Positions 1 to 9,322 are shown, counted from the first letter of the stretch. The stretch is DNA of 64,000 bases from an uncultured Syntrophomonadaceae bacterium (GCA_964390725.1 CAYMIW010000008.1:13829-77828), one strand, 5' to 3'. The notes: generated from the letters alone by a model not told the origin. Made by a program: numbers and translations.

Positions 1-2
1 GC

Positions 3-563
3 CAGGTAGAAAAAAGCTCAAGCGGCTATATCAGGGGCTTCATTGTCATGTATACCCTATGCCTGGCTGTAGGGCTGTTTATTGCCCTCGGTATGACCAG
101 AATAGTATATGGTATTCCGTTTTACTACCTGATTATTCCCGGATACATTTTGGCAATAATTCTTATGTTTCTTTCCAAGCCTTCCTTTACAGCAATCGCT
201 TTTGATTCGGGAGGCGTGGCTACCGGCCCAATGACAGTCACCTTTATTATGGCCCTGGCAATAGGAGCAGCTGACGTGATTGAAGGGCGAGACTCGGTAG
301 CAGACGGCTTCGGATTGATTGCCCTGGTTGCCCTGGCCCCGATCATTATGATCATGCTGCTCGGTTTTTTATACCCCGACGATAACCAGGAAGCAAAGAA
401 AAACAATGCTGACAATGATATTGATTTACAGGATAATCATGATAGTGCAGATGTTTTAACTCCGGATCAGGACTATCCAGGCGAACATAGTGAAAATGAG
501 CTGTATAATAACCAGAACGATGAGGACAACGAGGAGGTAAATAGCGATGAGAACAACTCTTAA
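3..563 (+). CDS. DUF1538-family integral membrane protein, 5'-truncated by the window start. It has a D/E/N-rich low-complexity C-terminal tail.
   Basis: Reading frame is open from nt 3 with no upstream stop. Hydrophobic multi-TM sequence is followed by an acidic tail (DDNQEAKKNNADNDIDLQDNHDSADV...). Its 3' end overlaps the next P-II-like gene by 17 nt, which is the typical DUF1538/P-II pairing. Confidence 0.6.
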   Translation, partial: QVEKSSSGYIRGFIVMYTLCLAVGLFIALGMTRIVYGIPFYYLIIPGYILAIILMFLSKPSFTAIAFDSGGVATGPMTVTFIMALAIGAADVIEGRDSVADGFGLIALVALAPIIMIMLLGFLYPDDNQEAKKNNADNDIDLQDNHDSADVLTPDQDYPGEHSENELYNNQNDEDNEEVNSDENNS

Positions 564-900
564 GCACGATTTAATTGTAACCATAGTAAAGAAAGGTTAC
601 TGCGAAAGAATTGTGAAAGCTACCAGGAAAGCCGGCGCGGAAGGAGCAACAATCATCCCTGCCCGTGGAACGGGAATCCACGAAACCAAGAAATTACTTG
701 GTATTCCAATTGAGCCGGAAAAAGAGGTTATTTTGACAATTGTTAAAGAAGAAAAAAGCGAAAGTGTACTCGATGCAATAATAGATGCAGGTGATCTTGA
801 AAAGCCGGCAACCGGTATTGCCTTTGTGATTGAACTCAAAAAAGTATGCGGAGTAGTGCACCTGGTAAAAGCACTGGAGGAAGCCCAGGATAAAGAATAG
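547..900 (+). CDS. P-II (GlnB-like) family small regulatory protein paired with the DUF1538 membrane protein
   Basis: 117 aa with an ATIIPARGTG...GIAFV core resembling the P-II fold. GAGGAGG lies 8 nt upstream of the ATG. The start overlaps the upstream gene. Confidence 0.55.
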   Translation: MRTTLKHDLIVTIVKKGYCERIVKATRKAGAEGATIIPARGTGIHETKKLLGIPIEPEKEVILTIVKEEKSESVLDAIIDAGDLEKPATGIAFVIELKKVCGVVHLVKALEEAQDKE

Positions 901-962
901 GAGGCGTTAGCCCCCTATATTATTCTTTCTTATCAAATTAATATGGACCCTCTGATCAAGCT

Positions 963-1121
963 TTAGAGCTTGGAAAATTCATCTTTTCCAACTCCGCATA
1001 CAGGGCAAACCCAGTCATCGGGTAGATCTTCAAAAGAAGTTCCCGGTTCGATTCCGCCATCCTTATCTCCTTCTGCCGGATCATAAATATATCCGCAAAC
1101 CTGGCATTCCCATTTGTCCAC
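963..1121 (-). CDS. Rubredoxin (52 aa), GTG start
   Basis: Manual translation of the minus strand gives [52 protein letters not shown]. It contains the two CxxCG motifs and the WxCP motif typical of rubredoxin. GGGAGG lies 7 nt upstream of the GTG. The ORF-track entry 956..1210 is in a different, non-homologous frame. Confidence 0.85.
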   Translation of the reverse strand: MDKWECQVCGYIYDPAEGDKDGGIEPGTSFEDLPDDWVCPVCGVGKDEFSKL

Positions 1122-1151
1122 TGATCATTCCTCCCTTGACTTTTTTTTCGC

Positions 1152-1169
1152 CCGGAAGAGAACTCTTCC
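1152..1169. promoter_or_regulatory. Perfect 18-bp palindrome CGGAAGAGAACTCTTCCG between the rubredoxin promoter and its RBS. Candidate repressor operator.
   Basis: Seen directly in the sequence. A TGnTATAAT extended -10 lies on the minus strand at about 1189-1197. That puts the palindrome at roughly +13 to +30 of the predicted transcript. Confidence 0.45.
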
Positions 1170-1362
1170 GATATTACGCAACACTTTGAATTATAACACA
1201 GATTTTTCAATCTTTGAAATAACTGTTTCAGGTTGTATGTTCTATTATCGGGCAGGATTCACAACCTCGCCCGAAGAATAGAATTAAAAGGTTTACGGCC
1301 ATTATAATAATTACAGAGCTACTTATCCAGTCCAGATGCAGCAGCGAAAGGGGAAATGAATA

Positions 1363-2898
1363 ATGCTGGCCAAGGTTCATTCCTGTGCAATTTTAGGAAT
1401 CAACGGTATACCGCTTGAAATCGAGGTTTACATATCAGACGGCCTGCCTTCTTTTGACATTATCGGCCTGCCTGATGCTTCAGTCCGCGAAGCCAGGGAA
1501 CGGGTTAGATCTGCAGTTCGCAACAGTGGCTACGATTTTCCTTACTCCCGCATTACTGTTAACATGGCCCCGGCAGATATTAAAAAGGAAGGCTCTTCTT
1601 TTGACCTTGCTATTGCCATCGGCCTGCTTACTGCAACGGGAGAGTTGAATGGAAAGGATATTCCGACAAATGCGGTTTTTATTGGGGAACTTTCACTGGA
1701 TGGCAAGCTGCGGCCCATAAACGGATCACTGGCCATGGCGCTCTCCCTGAGCGAAATGAAACAATACAACGATTGTCTTTTATACCTGCCCCGCGAGAAC
1801 AGCCCGGAAGCATCCCTTGTAAAAAATATCCAGGCAAGAGGAGCCTTTTCCCTGAAAGAGCTGGTTAACCATCTTAAGGGATCTGCGGATCTACCGGCAA
1901 CACTGCCGACTCCTGAAGAAGACCATGATCAACTGGAATACGAACACAATTACAGCGAGGTAAGAGGGCAGGAGTCAGCTAAACGGGCCCTGGAAATTGC
2001 TGCTGCCGGTGCACATAATATTTTACTATACGGGCCTCCGGGCAGTGGAAAGACCATGCTGGCCAGACGTATACCTTCCATCCTTCCTAAACCATCACTG
2101 GAAGAAATCCTGGAGATTACCCGCATCCACAGTGTTGCCGGAAAACTAAAACCCGGTAAACCGCTGATCAGGAATCGTCCTTTTTGCAGTCCTCACCACA
2201 GTGCTTCAACAGCAGGGATAATCGGCGGCGGTAAAACACCTGCACCGGGAGAAGTAAGCCTGGCCCACAGGGGAGTTCTCTTCTTCGATGAACTTCCCGA
2301 GTACAACCGTGAGGTTCTCGAGGCGCTGCGCCAACCGCTTGAAGACAGAACTGTAACCGTTACCAGGGTGGCAGCAACAGTTACCTACCCTGCTGATTTT
2401 ATGTTTGTCGGATCAATGAATCCATGCCCCTGTGGTAATTACGGAGATCCAAAACGAGAATGTCGCTGCAGCCCCACTCAAATATTTCGGTATCGCTCGA
2501 AGCTCTCCGGGCCGCTTTTAGACCGAATTGATATCCAGGTTGAAGTTCCTTCAATTAAATATGAACAGCTGCAGGATAAAAGAGAAAGTGAAAGTTCAGA
2601 AGTGATCCGCCAAAGGGTCGAAGGTGCACGGTTACTGCAGCAGGAAAGGTTCAGCAGGCTGAAAATCACTGCAAACTCGCAACTTCGCTCACGCCACTTT
2701 GAGAAACACTGCCCTCTTGATCGCGAGGCTCGCCAGCTTCTTCACCAATCATTCCAGCGGCTTAATCTTTCGATGCGAGCTCATGATCGAATCATCAAAG
2801 TAGCCAGAACTATTGCCGATCTTGAACAATCAGAAATGATAAAAGCCAATCACATTGCCGAAGCAGTACAGTACAGGCAGCTGGACAGGCAGCTTTAA
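1363..2898 (+). CDS. comM: YifB/ComM-family Mg-chelatase-like AAA+ ATPase
   Basis: 511 aa with an N-terminal Lon-protease-like domain (SCAILGINGIPLEIEV), a Walker A GPPGSGKTM and a C-terminal ChlI domain. GGGGA RBS is present. Confidence 0.9.
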   Translation: MLAKVHSCAILGINGIPLEIEVYISDGLPSFDIIGLPDASVREARERVRSAVRNSGYDFPYSRITVNMAPADIKKEGSSFDLAIAIGLLTATGELNGKDIPTNAVFIGELSLDGKLRPINGSLAMALSLSEMKQYNDCLLYLPRENSPEASLVKNIQARGAFSLKELVNHLKGSADLPATLPTPEEDHDQLEYEHNYSEVRGQESAKRALEIAAAGAHNILLYGPPGSGKTMLARRIPSILPKPSLEEILEITRIHSVAGKLKPGKPLIRNRPFCSPHHSASTAGIIGGGKTPAPGEVSLAHRGVLFFDELPEYNREVLEALRQPLEDRTVTVTRVAATVTYPADFMFVGSMNPCPCGNYGDPKRECRCSPTQIFRYRSKLSGPLLDRIDIQVEVPSIKYEQLQDKRESESSEVIRQRVEGARLLQQERFSRLKITANSQLRSRHFEKHCPLDREARQLLHQSFQRLNLSMRAHDRIIKVARTIADLEQSEMIKANHIAEAVQYRQLDRQL

Positions 2899-3028
2899 AA
2901 TATAACAAATAAGGTATATCCTGTAAAATTATTACTGCGTCTGATTATTCATTTTTAGCCTGTAACCCATTAAAGAACAGGTAATATATCTCTTTAAACA
3001 AATCGGCATTGGCGCGGTATTCTTAGTT

Positions 3029-3598
3029 TTGCTGTTGACAATGCGTTCTTTTTCTCCGCCCTTTATTCTGACAATGAGTATAGAAGTTGCTATATTAATC
3101 AACTTGGCTATACCTTACTTTTCAGGTTCAAGAATATTTTACACGGCATTTTTGATAATCAGTTCAGTCCAACTCGGTGCTACTGTAGATTATGCAATTC
3201 TTTTCACAGAAAGATATAAGGAGTTTCGGCAAACAGCAAATAAAAAACAATCTGTTGTTAATACTGTTTCCACTGCAACTGTATCTATATTAACATCTGC
3301 AACTGTTTTAACCATAGTTGGCTTTTTGCTAGGTAATATTTCAAGTCATGGAGTGCTCTCCCAGCTTGGTTATTTCCTTGGCAGAGGAACGCTCTGCTCG
3401 CTTGCCGTTGTCTTGTTTGTTTTACCGGGACTGCTTTATGTTTTCGACGGCTGGATCGCGCGAACCACTTTGAAAACAAACTACAAAGTGGAAGAAAAAG
3501 GGGGCTATCACTATGAAAGATCCGAAAATAATCCTGATGCTAGTATTGTCACCGATCCTGATAATATCTTTAGCAACGATTGTGTTCGCAGCCGGTGA
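3029..3598 (+). pseudogene. C-terminal fragment, the last ~5 TM helices, of an MMPL/RND-superfamily transporter. The N-terminal ~600 aa are missing.
   Basis: VDYAILFTERYKEF...LAVVLFVLPGLL matches the conserved MMPL C-terminal TM bundle. The frame opens only 60 nt upstream, directly after comM. No ATG is present; the first possible start is TTG. Confidence 0.5.
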
Positions 3599-5445
3599 TT
3601 TGTCAGTTAAAGAGGAAGTAGTTTACGTTATAACCGATGCATCCGGAAATGTTAACGGTTCCTATGTTGTAAATATAGTAGAAGGAGGAAACATAACAGA
3701 TTATGGTAATTATTCGGAAGTAAAAATGCTAAACACCAACGATCCAATCACCCTTAACGGCGATAAGGTAACAATTACGACATCGGCTGACAAAATTTAC
3801 TATGAAGGTGTATTAATAAACAATGATCTACCCTGGATTATATCTATCAGTTATTACATAGATGGCATTAAGTATCCTCCCGAGCAAGTTGCCGGGATGA
3901 GCGGTGCGCTCGAAATGAAAATATCAGTGCGAAATAATCCAAATTGTAATAATGTTTTTTTCGATAATTATACACTTCAAGCAACTATTACACTTGATAC
4001 AAAACGTTTCACCGATATTCAAGCAAATGGTGCAACCGAAGCATACTCCGGCGGCGACAAAAAACTATCTTATATAATTCTGCCAAAAAGCGAAAAAGAT
4101 ATAGTCATCATTGCAAATGTAATCAATTTTGCTTTAGAGCCAATTGAAATAAACGGTTTAATTATGGATTTTGGTGAAGCTATTGATTTAAACACAGATG
4201 TTTTCGATTTGCCTGATTACGATAGTGCAATTTCAGATTTAAAGAGCGCTGCCAGGGCTCTAGATAACGGTGCATCAGAGCTTAGACAAGGAGTATCCTC
4301 TCTGGTTAATGGTAATGACGAACTTTGTAGGGGGTTGGCATCATTAGACGAGAATAGTTCAGTTCTGATCAACAGTGCAGAACTGGTAGCAAACACGATT
4401 TTTTCTTCTGCCACAAAACAGCTGCAAACAGAACTTATCAAAGCGGGTATGTGTGAGTCCGATGCGTCACAAATAATCTTAACCCAAAAGAATTACTATG
4501 CCGTAATATCGAAACTGTCTGATTGTATTCCTACAGAATCGCAGATATCTTCAGCTGAAAGTGCCATTAGAGACCAGCTTGCAGGAAAAGGTATTGAGGA
4601 CAAAACTCAACAAAACATTATCATATCTCTTGCAGCAAATATTTTGTTAATAGAAGAAGCCGATACAGTTGAAGAGGCTCTTGCAATGTCAGGAGTAATA
4701 ATAGCTGATGCTTTTTATGTGCAGGAAGCTATGGCAATTTTTTCTTCTTCAACAGACCCGGTTGTCAACGAAACTATAATCTCCCTGACTGAAATGTTGA
4801 GTGTCCTCTCCTTATAACCTTGATCCGGCAGCAGCGACAGCAACTGCATGCACAGCCTTGGCCCTGGATGCTAATAACCCTTCTGAACAAATAATTGATG
4901 CTATATCTAAAACACAGAATGCTACAATAGTGTCAGCAACAGCAGCAGACCATGATATCATACAGGCATTTTGCACCGCAGCAGTGCATGAACATATGAT
5001 TAATGCTGATGATTGTTTCACATCACTGAAAAAACAGCTTGACGGAGTAATGTCATTTCTAAAAGGAATTGAAATATATACAGATGGCGTAGCAAAAGCA
5101 GCATCGGGAGCAAATACCCTGCTATCCGGTTCTGTTTCATTGCTGGATGGTGCAAACGGGCTGGCAGATGGAACAAACAAACTGCGATCAAAAACAGAAG
5201 ATTTGAATATCGATACAACAAGAACTGTCATACGTGAAATTCAAGAGGCAATTGATAATTACCGGAATACTGATTTCACTCCAGTGTCCTTTGCTTCAGA
5301 GAAAAATACAAACGTAAATCATGTTCAGTTTGTTATAAAAACATCAGCTGTTGAACTTTCTGAAAAAGAAATAACTAAAGAAGATGAACCCGAAACATTA
5401 TCATTCTGGAATAAATTGTTAAGATTATTCGGCCTGGAAAAATAA
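3513..5445 (+). pseudogene. YhgE/Pip-like surface protein. It has an N-terminal TM anchor and LxxGxxxL repeat regions. It is split into two frames at ~4800 and lacks the C-terminal membrane domain.
   Basis: ORF 3513..4817 (434 aa) and ORF 4801..5445 (214 aa) overlap by 17 nt in different frames. Both carry ALDNGASELRQGVSSLVNG / LLDGANGLADGTNKL type repeats diagnostic of the YhgE/Pip N-terminal domain. No TM helices follow. Confidence 0.45.
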
Positions 5446-5635
5446 TGCTAATTAAATTCTGTCCTGGTATCCCCGCCCGCTCTCCTCATCAGGCAACAGC
5501 TCCACGTTGAGCAATTAAAGCTCTGCCCTCGTATTCTGCCCGGCTTTCATCTGCAGTACAATCAGACGCTCCAATAACAGCATTAAAAACAATAAAATTA
5601 TCTCCCCTGTTCTTTAGATACCAGCCGGTAACAAT

Positions 5636-6007
5636 TCAGCATGCCAGTATATTTTTTATGTGTCTGAGACTGGTTACATTATAATCAGCGCTGCTCAGGG
5701 TGACTGCCACCAGGTCAATGCGTGAAGGTGCTTCACTGCAGTGGTTGGTTTGAAGGTAGTATTGGGCCAGGCGGTATAATCGACGGGCCTTGTCGGGAGT
5801 AATCGATTCTTCAGGCCGACCATATTTTGAACTGGTTTTTGTTCGCACTTCGACAAATACAATGGTTTCTCCATCGAGAGCTATTATATCAACTTCACCA
5901 ATTTTACAGCGGTAGTTTGTGGTTACAATTATATAATCCAGCTTTTTGAGATATTCGCGGGCAATTATTTCACCGCTATGCCCAACTTTAAGTCGTCTTT
6001 CAGTTAT
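5636..6007 (-). CDS. yraN: YraN (UPF0102) family predicted endonuclease. No canonical start codon; a probable AUA or AUU start.
   Basis: Minus-strand frame is open from 6034. It encodes ...ITERRLKVGHSGEIIAREYLKKLDYIIVTTNYRCKIGEVDIIALDGETIVFVEVRTKTSSKYG..., matching the YraN GxxGE...YL...G...D core. No ATG, GTG or TTG occurs before the conserved core. GGGGGA at 6014-6019 is followed 7 nt later by ATA at 6005-6007. Confidence 0.7.
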   Translation of the reverse strand: MTERRLKVGHSGEIIAREYLKKLDYIIVTTNYRCKIGEVDIIALDGETIVFVEVRTKTSSKYGRPEESITPDKARRLYRLAQYYLQTNHCSEAPSRIDLVAVTLSSADYNVTSLRHIKNILAC

Positions 6008-6023
6008 TTCAATTCCCCCTGAA

Positions 6024-6797
6024 TCAATCGTATTTTAACCTGAAAGTTACCCTGTGTTCAGGGCAAGGCCCAAGCCGGTTTAACGCATTGCGGTGTTCTT
6101 CGGTTCCGTAACCCATATTACGGGAAAAACCATACCCGGGGTACTGTTCATCTAATTTTTGCATCATCATATCCCTCGCAACCTTGGCCAGAACAGATGC
6201 AGCAGCTATAGATAAAGAAAGACCGTCTCCACCGACAAGCGCTTTCTGGGCGCAAGGTGACTCCGGCATGGTAAAACCATCGACTAAAATATACTCTGGT
6301 TTGCAGGATAACCTTTCCAGGGCACGTTTCATCGCCAAAAAAGATGCTTTATGTATATTTAAGCTGTCTATTTCAGACTTTGTAGCACTTCCCAGACCAT
6401 AAGACAAAGCATTAACTATTATCTCTTCGTAGAGCATTCTGCGTTTTTCCGCCGTTAGTTTTTTTGAATCATTCAAACCTGTAATTCCAGCGCCGGGTCG
6501 TAATATAACAGCTGCTGCTACTACCGGGCCAGCCAGAGGCCCGCGTCCTGCCTCATCAATCCCCGCAATGTATCTGAAGCCGTTTTCCCAGAGTAATTTT
6601 TCTTCAACTAGCATTTTTTCCAGGCGATTATGTTCCACCTGTTTGCGTTTTTCCATTCTGCGACGTTTCGAAATCAGTTTCTGTGCACCTTTGCGACCAT
6701 CTTGCTGCAGAGCCGCTTCAAGTTCAGGGGTAACTTTCTCCAAATTCATGATGTAAGATGAAAGTTGTTCCATGGTTAAATCTTTAAACGACGACAT
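6024..6797 (-). CDS. rnhB: Ribonuclease HII
   Basis: 257 aa with GIDEAGRGPLAGPVV and other RNase HII motifs. Its conserved position is after rbgA. Confidence 0.93.
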   Translation of the reverse strand: MSSFKDLTMEQLSSYIMNLEKVTPELEAALQQDGRKGAQKLISKRRRMEKRKQVEHNRLEKMLVEEKLLWENGFRYIAGIDEAGRGPLAGPVVAAAVILRPGAGITGLNDSKKLTAEKRRMLYEEIIVNALSYGLGSATKSEIDSLNIHKASFLAMKRALERLSCKPEYILVDGFTMPESPCAQKALVGGDGLSLSIAAASVLAKVARDMMMQKLDEQYPGYGFSRNMGYGTEEHRNALNRLGPCPEHRVTFRLKYD

Positions 6798-6809
6798 TTA
6801 AATACCTCT

Positions 6810-7643
6810 TTAAATGGAAGGATGCTCAAGAGTTGCCCTGCCCAAACCGCCACTTTGAAAATCTCTTAATAGTACTGCTGCTGACCGGTCATAGTCAATT
6901 TTACCACCGGGCAGAATGCAGCCATTTATACTGCCTATTCCGGCAAGCATGGTATCTGTATCTCCTATTTCCAATCCCTGGTAACGTTTTAATAAAAAAC
7001 TTTCTTTACCATGTTCGACATAATATGACAACAACCGCCTGGCTGTCTGCTGAATGTCTACCCTGCTGTGGGGAATAGCTCCAACCATTGCCAGGGGCCA
7101 GACACTGTCCCGATCAATCCTGGGCCAGAGTATCCCCGGGGTATCAAGCAGTTCTAAACGGGGATTAATGCGTATCCACTGCCTCCCCCTTGTCACACCC
7201 GGTTGATTTCCGGTGCGGGTGACAGATTTTTTTACAAAGTAGTTAATCATGGTCGATTTGCCAACGTTTGGTATTCCGGCTATGATCATTCTTAAAGGGC
7301 GGTTAAGCCGCCCTTTTTTAATATTATTTTCTTCCTTACCTAAGTAATTCAATAGATTGTTTAAGTATACCTTGTTATAAACACTGAATGCCATAGCCGG
7401 CTTGCCGCTATTCTTAAAATATTTCAACCACAGCTTGGTTACATCTTCTTCGGCCCGGTCAGCTTTGTGGAGAAGAATAAGATGTTTTTTACTGCCGATC
7501 AATTTTGGAAAGGAGGGATTACTGCTACTGGAAGGGATACGGGCATCGAGCAACTCTACAACCAGATCAACAATTTTTATATCCTGACGAAGGCATATTT
7601 CAGCCCTGGCCATGTTTCCCGGATACCACTGTCCTTCTTTCAT
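6810..7643 (-). CDS. rbgA: Ribosome biogenesis GTPase A (YlqF/RbgA)
   Basis: Circularly permuted GTPase motifs: GIPNVGKSTMIN and DTPGILWP. Confidence 0.92.
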   Translation of the reverse strand: MKEGQWYPGNMARAEICLRQDIKIVDLVVELLDARIPSSSSNPSFPKLIGSKKHLILLHKADRAEEDVTKLWLKYFKNSGKPAMAFSVYNKVYLNNLLNYLGKEENNIKKGRLNRPLRMIIAGIPNVGKSTMINYFVKKSVTRTGNQPGVTRGRQWIRINPRLELLDTPGILWPRIDRDSVWPLAMVGAIPHSRVDIQQTARRLLSYYVEHGKESFLLKRYQGLEIGDTDTMLAGIGSINGCILPGGKIDYDRSAAVLLRDFQSGGLGRATLEHPSI

Positions 7644-7646
7644 ATC

Positions 7647-8183
7647 TCATTCCGCCTTACTGTCAATTGTCCTCGCATCCCAGGGCGGCCAGAAAATAAA
7701 AAAGGCTTTGCCCTTGAGCCTGTCAAGAGAAACAAAGCCAACCCTCGGATCCCGGCTATCCATGCTGTTAATGCGGTAATCACCCATGGTGAACATAAAT
7801 CCGGGCGGCACTTCCACCGGGCCAAAGTCTGCCATATCCATATCATCCAGCAGATAAGGCTCATCCAGTAGGTTGCCATTCAGGTAAACCCGACCGTTGT
7901 TGATTTCCACAATATCTCCAGCCAAGCCGATAACGCGCTTTATAAAATCACGGCCGGGTTCATACTCAAAAACGATTATATCGCCAATCTGGGGCTGACC
8001 AAAACGGTAGATAATTTTATTCACCATGAGACGTTCGGTCTCATGAAGGGTAGGATACATTGATCTTCCCTCCACGACAAAAACCTCAAACAGGAACAAA
8101 CGAATAATAAGAGCCAAAACTATTGCAATTAGGATTGATTTAACCCAATCCCAGAGCTCTTTCCACTTGTCCAAGTTAATCAT
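7647..8183 (-). CDS. lepB: Signal peptidase I
   Basis: N-terminal TM helix. SMYPTL, GDIIVF and KRVIGLAGD boxes are present. Confidence 0.9.
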   Translation of the reverse strand: MINLDKWKELWDWVKSILIAIVLALIIRLFLFEVFVVEGRSMYPTLHETERLMVNKIIYRFGQPQIGDIIVFEYEPGRDFIKRVIGLAGDIVEINNGRVYLNGNLLDEPYLLDDMDMADFGPVEVPPGFMFTMGDYRINSMDSRDPRVGFVSLDRLKGKAFFIFWPPWDARTIDSKAE

Positions 8184-8189
8184 CCCCGC

Positions 8190-8540
8190 TTAGCGTCGCT
8201 CTTTAATCCTTGCTGCTTTTCCAGTTCTTTCTCTCAGGTAATAAAGTTTAGCCCTGCGGACGCGTCCCTTCTTGACTACATCAATTTTATTAATTGATGG
8301 TGAGTGAACGGGAAAAATTCTTTCCACACCTATACCGAATGTAACCCGGCGAACCGTAAAAGTTTCCCGCGCGCCGCTACCCTGACGTCTGATTACAACA
8401 CCTTCGAAGACCTGGCTCCGTTCACGCCCGCCTTCAACAACTTTAACGTGAACCTTAACTGTATCACCCGGGTTAAAATGCGGCAATCCCTCTTTGAGAT
8501 TACGCTTTTCAACTTCTTTAATCAAGTCCATATTTCTCAA
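8190..8540 (-). CDS. rplS: 50S ribosomal protein L19
   Basis: 116 aa. [32 protein letters not shown] is a typical L19 sequence. Confidence 0.95.
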   Translation of the reverse strand: MRNMDLIKEVEKRNLKEGLPHFNPGDTVKVHVKVVEGGRERSQVFEGVVIRRQGSGARETFTVRRVTFGIGVERIFPVHSPSINKIDVVKKGRVRRAKLYYLRERTGKAARIKERR

Positions 8541-8575
8541 GCCTCCTTAGAATACTGGATTATTATATCATACAC

Positions 8576-9322
8576 TTATTGATCAAAATCACGCTTTTTT
8601 AGTTCTTCCAGGTAATTACTATCCTCTGTTGTGAGGGGTGCCTTTTTTAAAAGATCAGGCCGGCTAAGATAAGTCCGCTTTAAAGATTGCTGCCTGCGCC
8701 AGCGGGAAATCTCCTGGTGGTTGCCGGAAAGCAAAATTCCCGGAACTTCCATATTCCTGAAAACAGCTGGCCTGGTATAATGCGGATATTCAAGCAACGA
8801 TTCCGTAAATGATTCTTCTTTTAACGAGTCATTTGTCAGCAGGCCGGGAAGAAGGCGAACAACAGAATCGGCTATAACTGCAGCGGCAAGCTCCCCGCCT
8901 GTAAGGACATAATCGCCGATCGAAATTTCATCATCAACAAGGCTCGCTCTTACCCTTTCATCTACTCCCTCATAACGGCCGCAGATCATTATTAAGTGCT
9001 CTTCGGCAGATAATTCAACAGCTGTATCCTGATTGTAACGTCGACCCCGGGGAGTCAGTAAAATAACCCTCGGAGATTGAATTTGACTTTTTGAAGATAA
9101 ATCTTCAACGGCCTTGAAAAGCGGTTCCGGTTTCAGGACCATCCCACAACCACCACCATAAGGTGTATCATCAACCTGACGATGACGGTCTTCGGTGTAA
9201 TTGCGTAGATCAACCAGGTTAATCAGAACCAGTTTCTTTTCAATAGCTCTTTTAATCATGCTTTCACTAAAGGGCCCTTCAAAAATAGCCGGAAATATAC
9301 TAAGTATATCGATAATCATCAC
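8576..9322 (-). CDS. trmD: tRNA (guanine37-N1)-methyltransferase
   Basis: [17 protein letters not shown]-terminus and the SPOUT fold motifs. Confidence 0.93.
   Translation of the reverse strand: MMIIDILSIFPAIFEGPFSESMIKRAIEKKLVLINLVDLRNYTEDRHRQVDDTPYGGGCGMVLKPEPLFKAVEDLSSKSQIQSPRVILLTPRGRRYNQDTAVELSAEEHLIMICGRYEGVDERVRASLVDDEISIGDYVLTGGELAAAVIADSVVRLLPGLLTNDSLKEESFTESLLEYPHYTRPAVFRNMEVPGILLSGNHQEISRWRRQQSLKRTYLSRPDLLKKAPLTTEDSNYLEELKKRDFDQ

Noticed and set aside
125-567. Minus-strand ORFs 125..415 and 352..567 antisense to the DUF1538 gene
   Set aside because: They lie entirely inside a well-supported membrane-protein gene on the opposite strand. They have no RBS and a low-complexity composition.
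956-1210. 84-aa minus-strand ORF from the track
   Set aside because: No recognisable homology. A canonical rubredoxin is encoded in another frame of the same DNA, at 963..1121, so the listed ORF is a wrong-frame artefact.
1257-1264. Rex operator (TTGTGAA-N4-TTCACAA) near rubredoxin/comM and in the Mrp divergent region (60005-60025)
   Set aside because: Only isolated half-sites (TTCACAA, TTGTGAA) were found, without the partner half at the correct spacing.
1415-1769. ORFs 1415..1648 (+) and 1542..1769 (-) inside comM
   Set aside because: These are alternative-frame or antisense ORFs nested in a highly conserved AAA+ gene. They are spurious.
2899-5635. Mobile element (IS, transposase or integrase) at the putative rearrangement site
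   Set aside because: No transposase, integrase or recombinase-like ORF and no terminal inverted repeats were detected. The rearrangement inference rests on synteny and gene decay only.
7467-7871. 134-aa plus-strand ORF spanning the rbgA/lepB junction
   Set aside because: It is antisense to two conserved housekeeping genes, with no RBS or homology.
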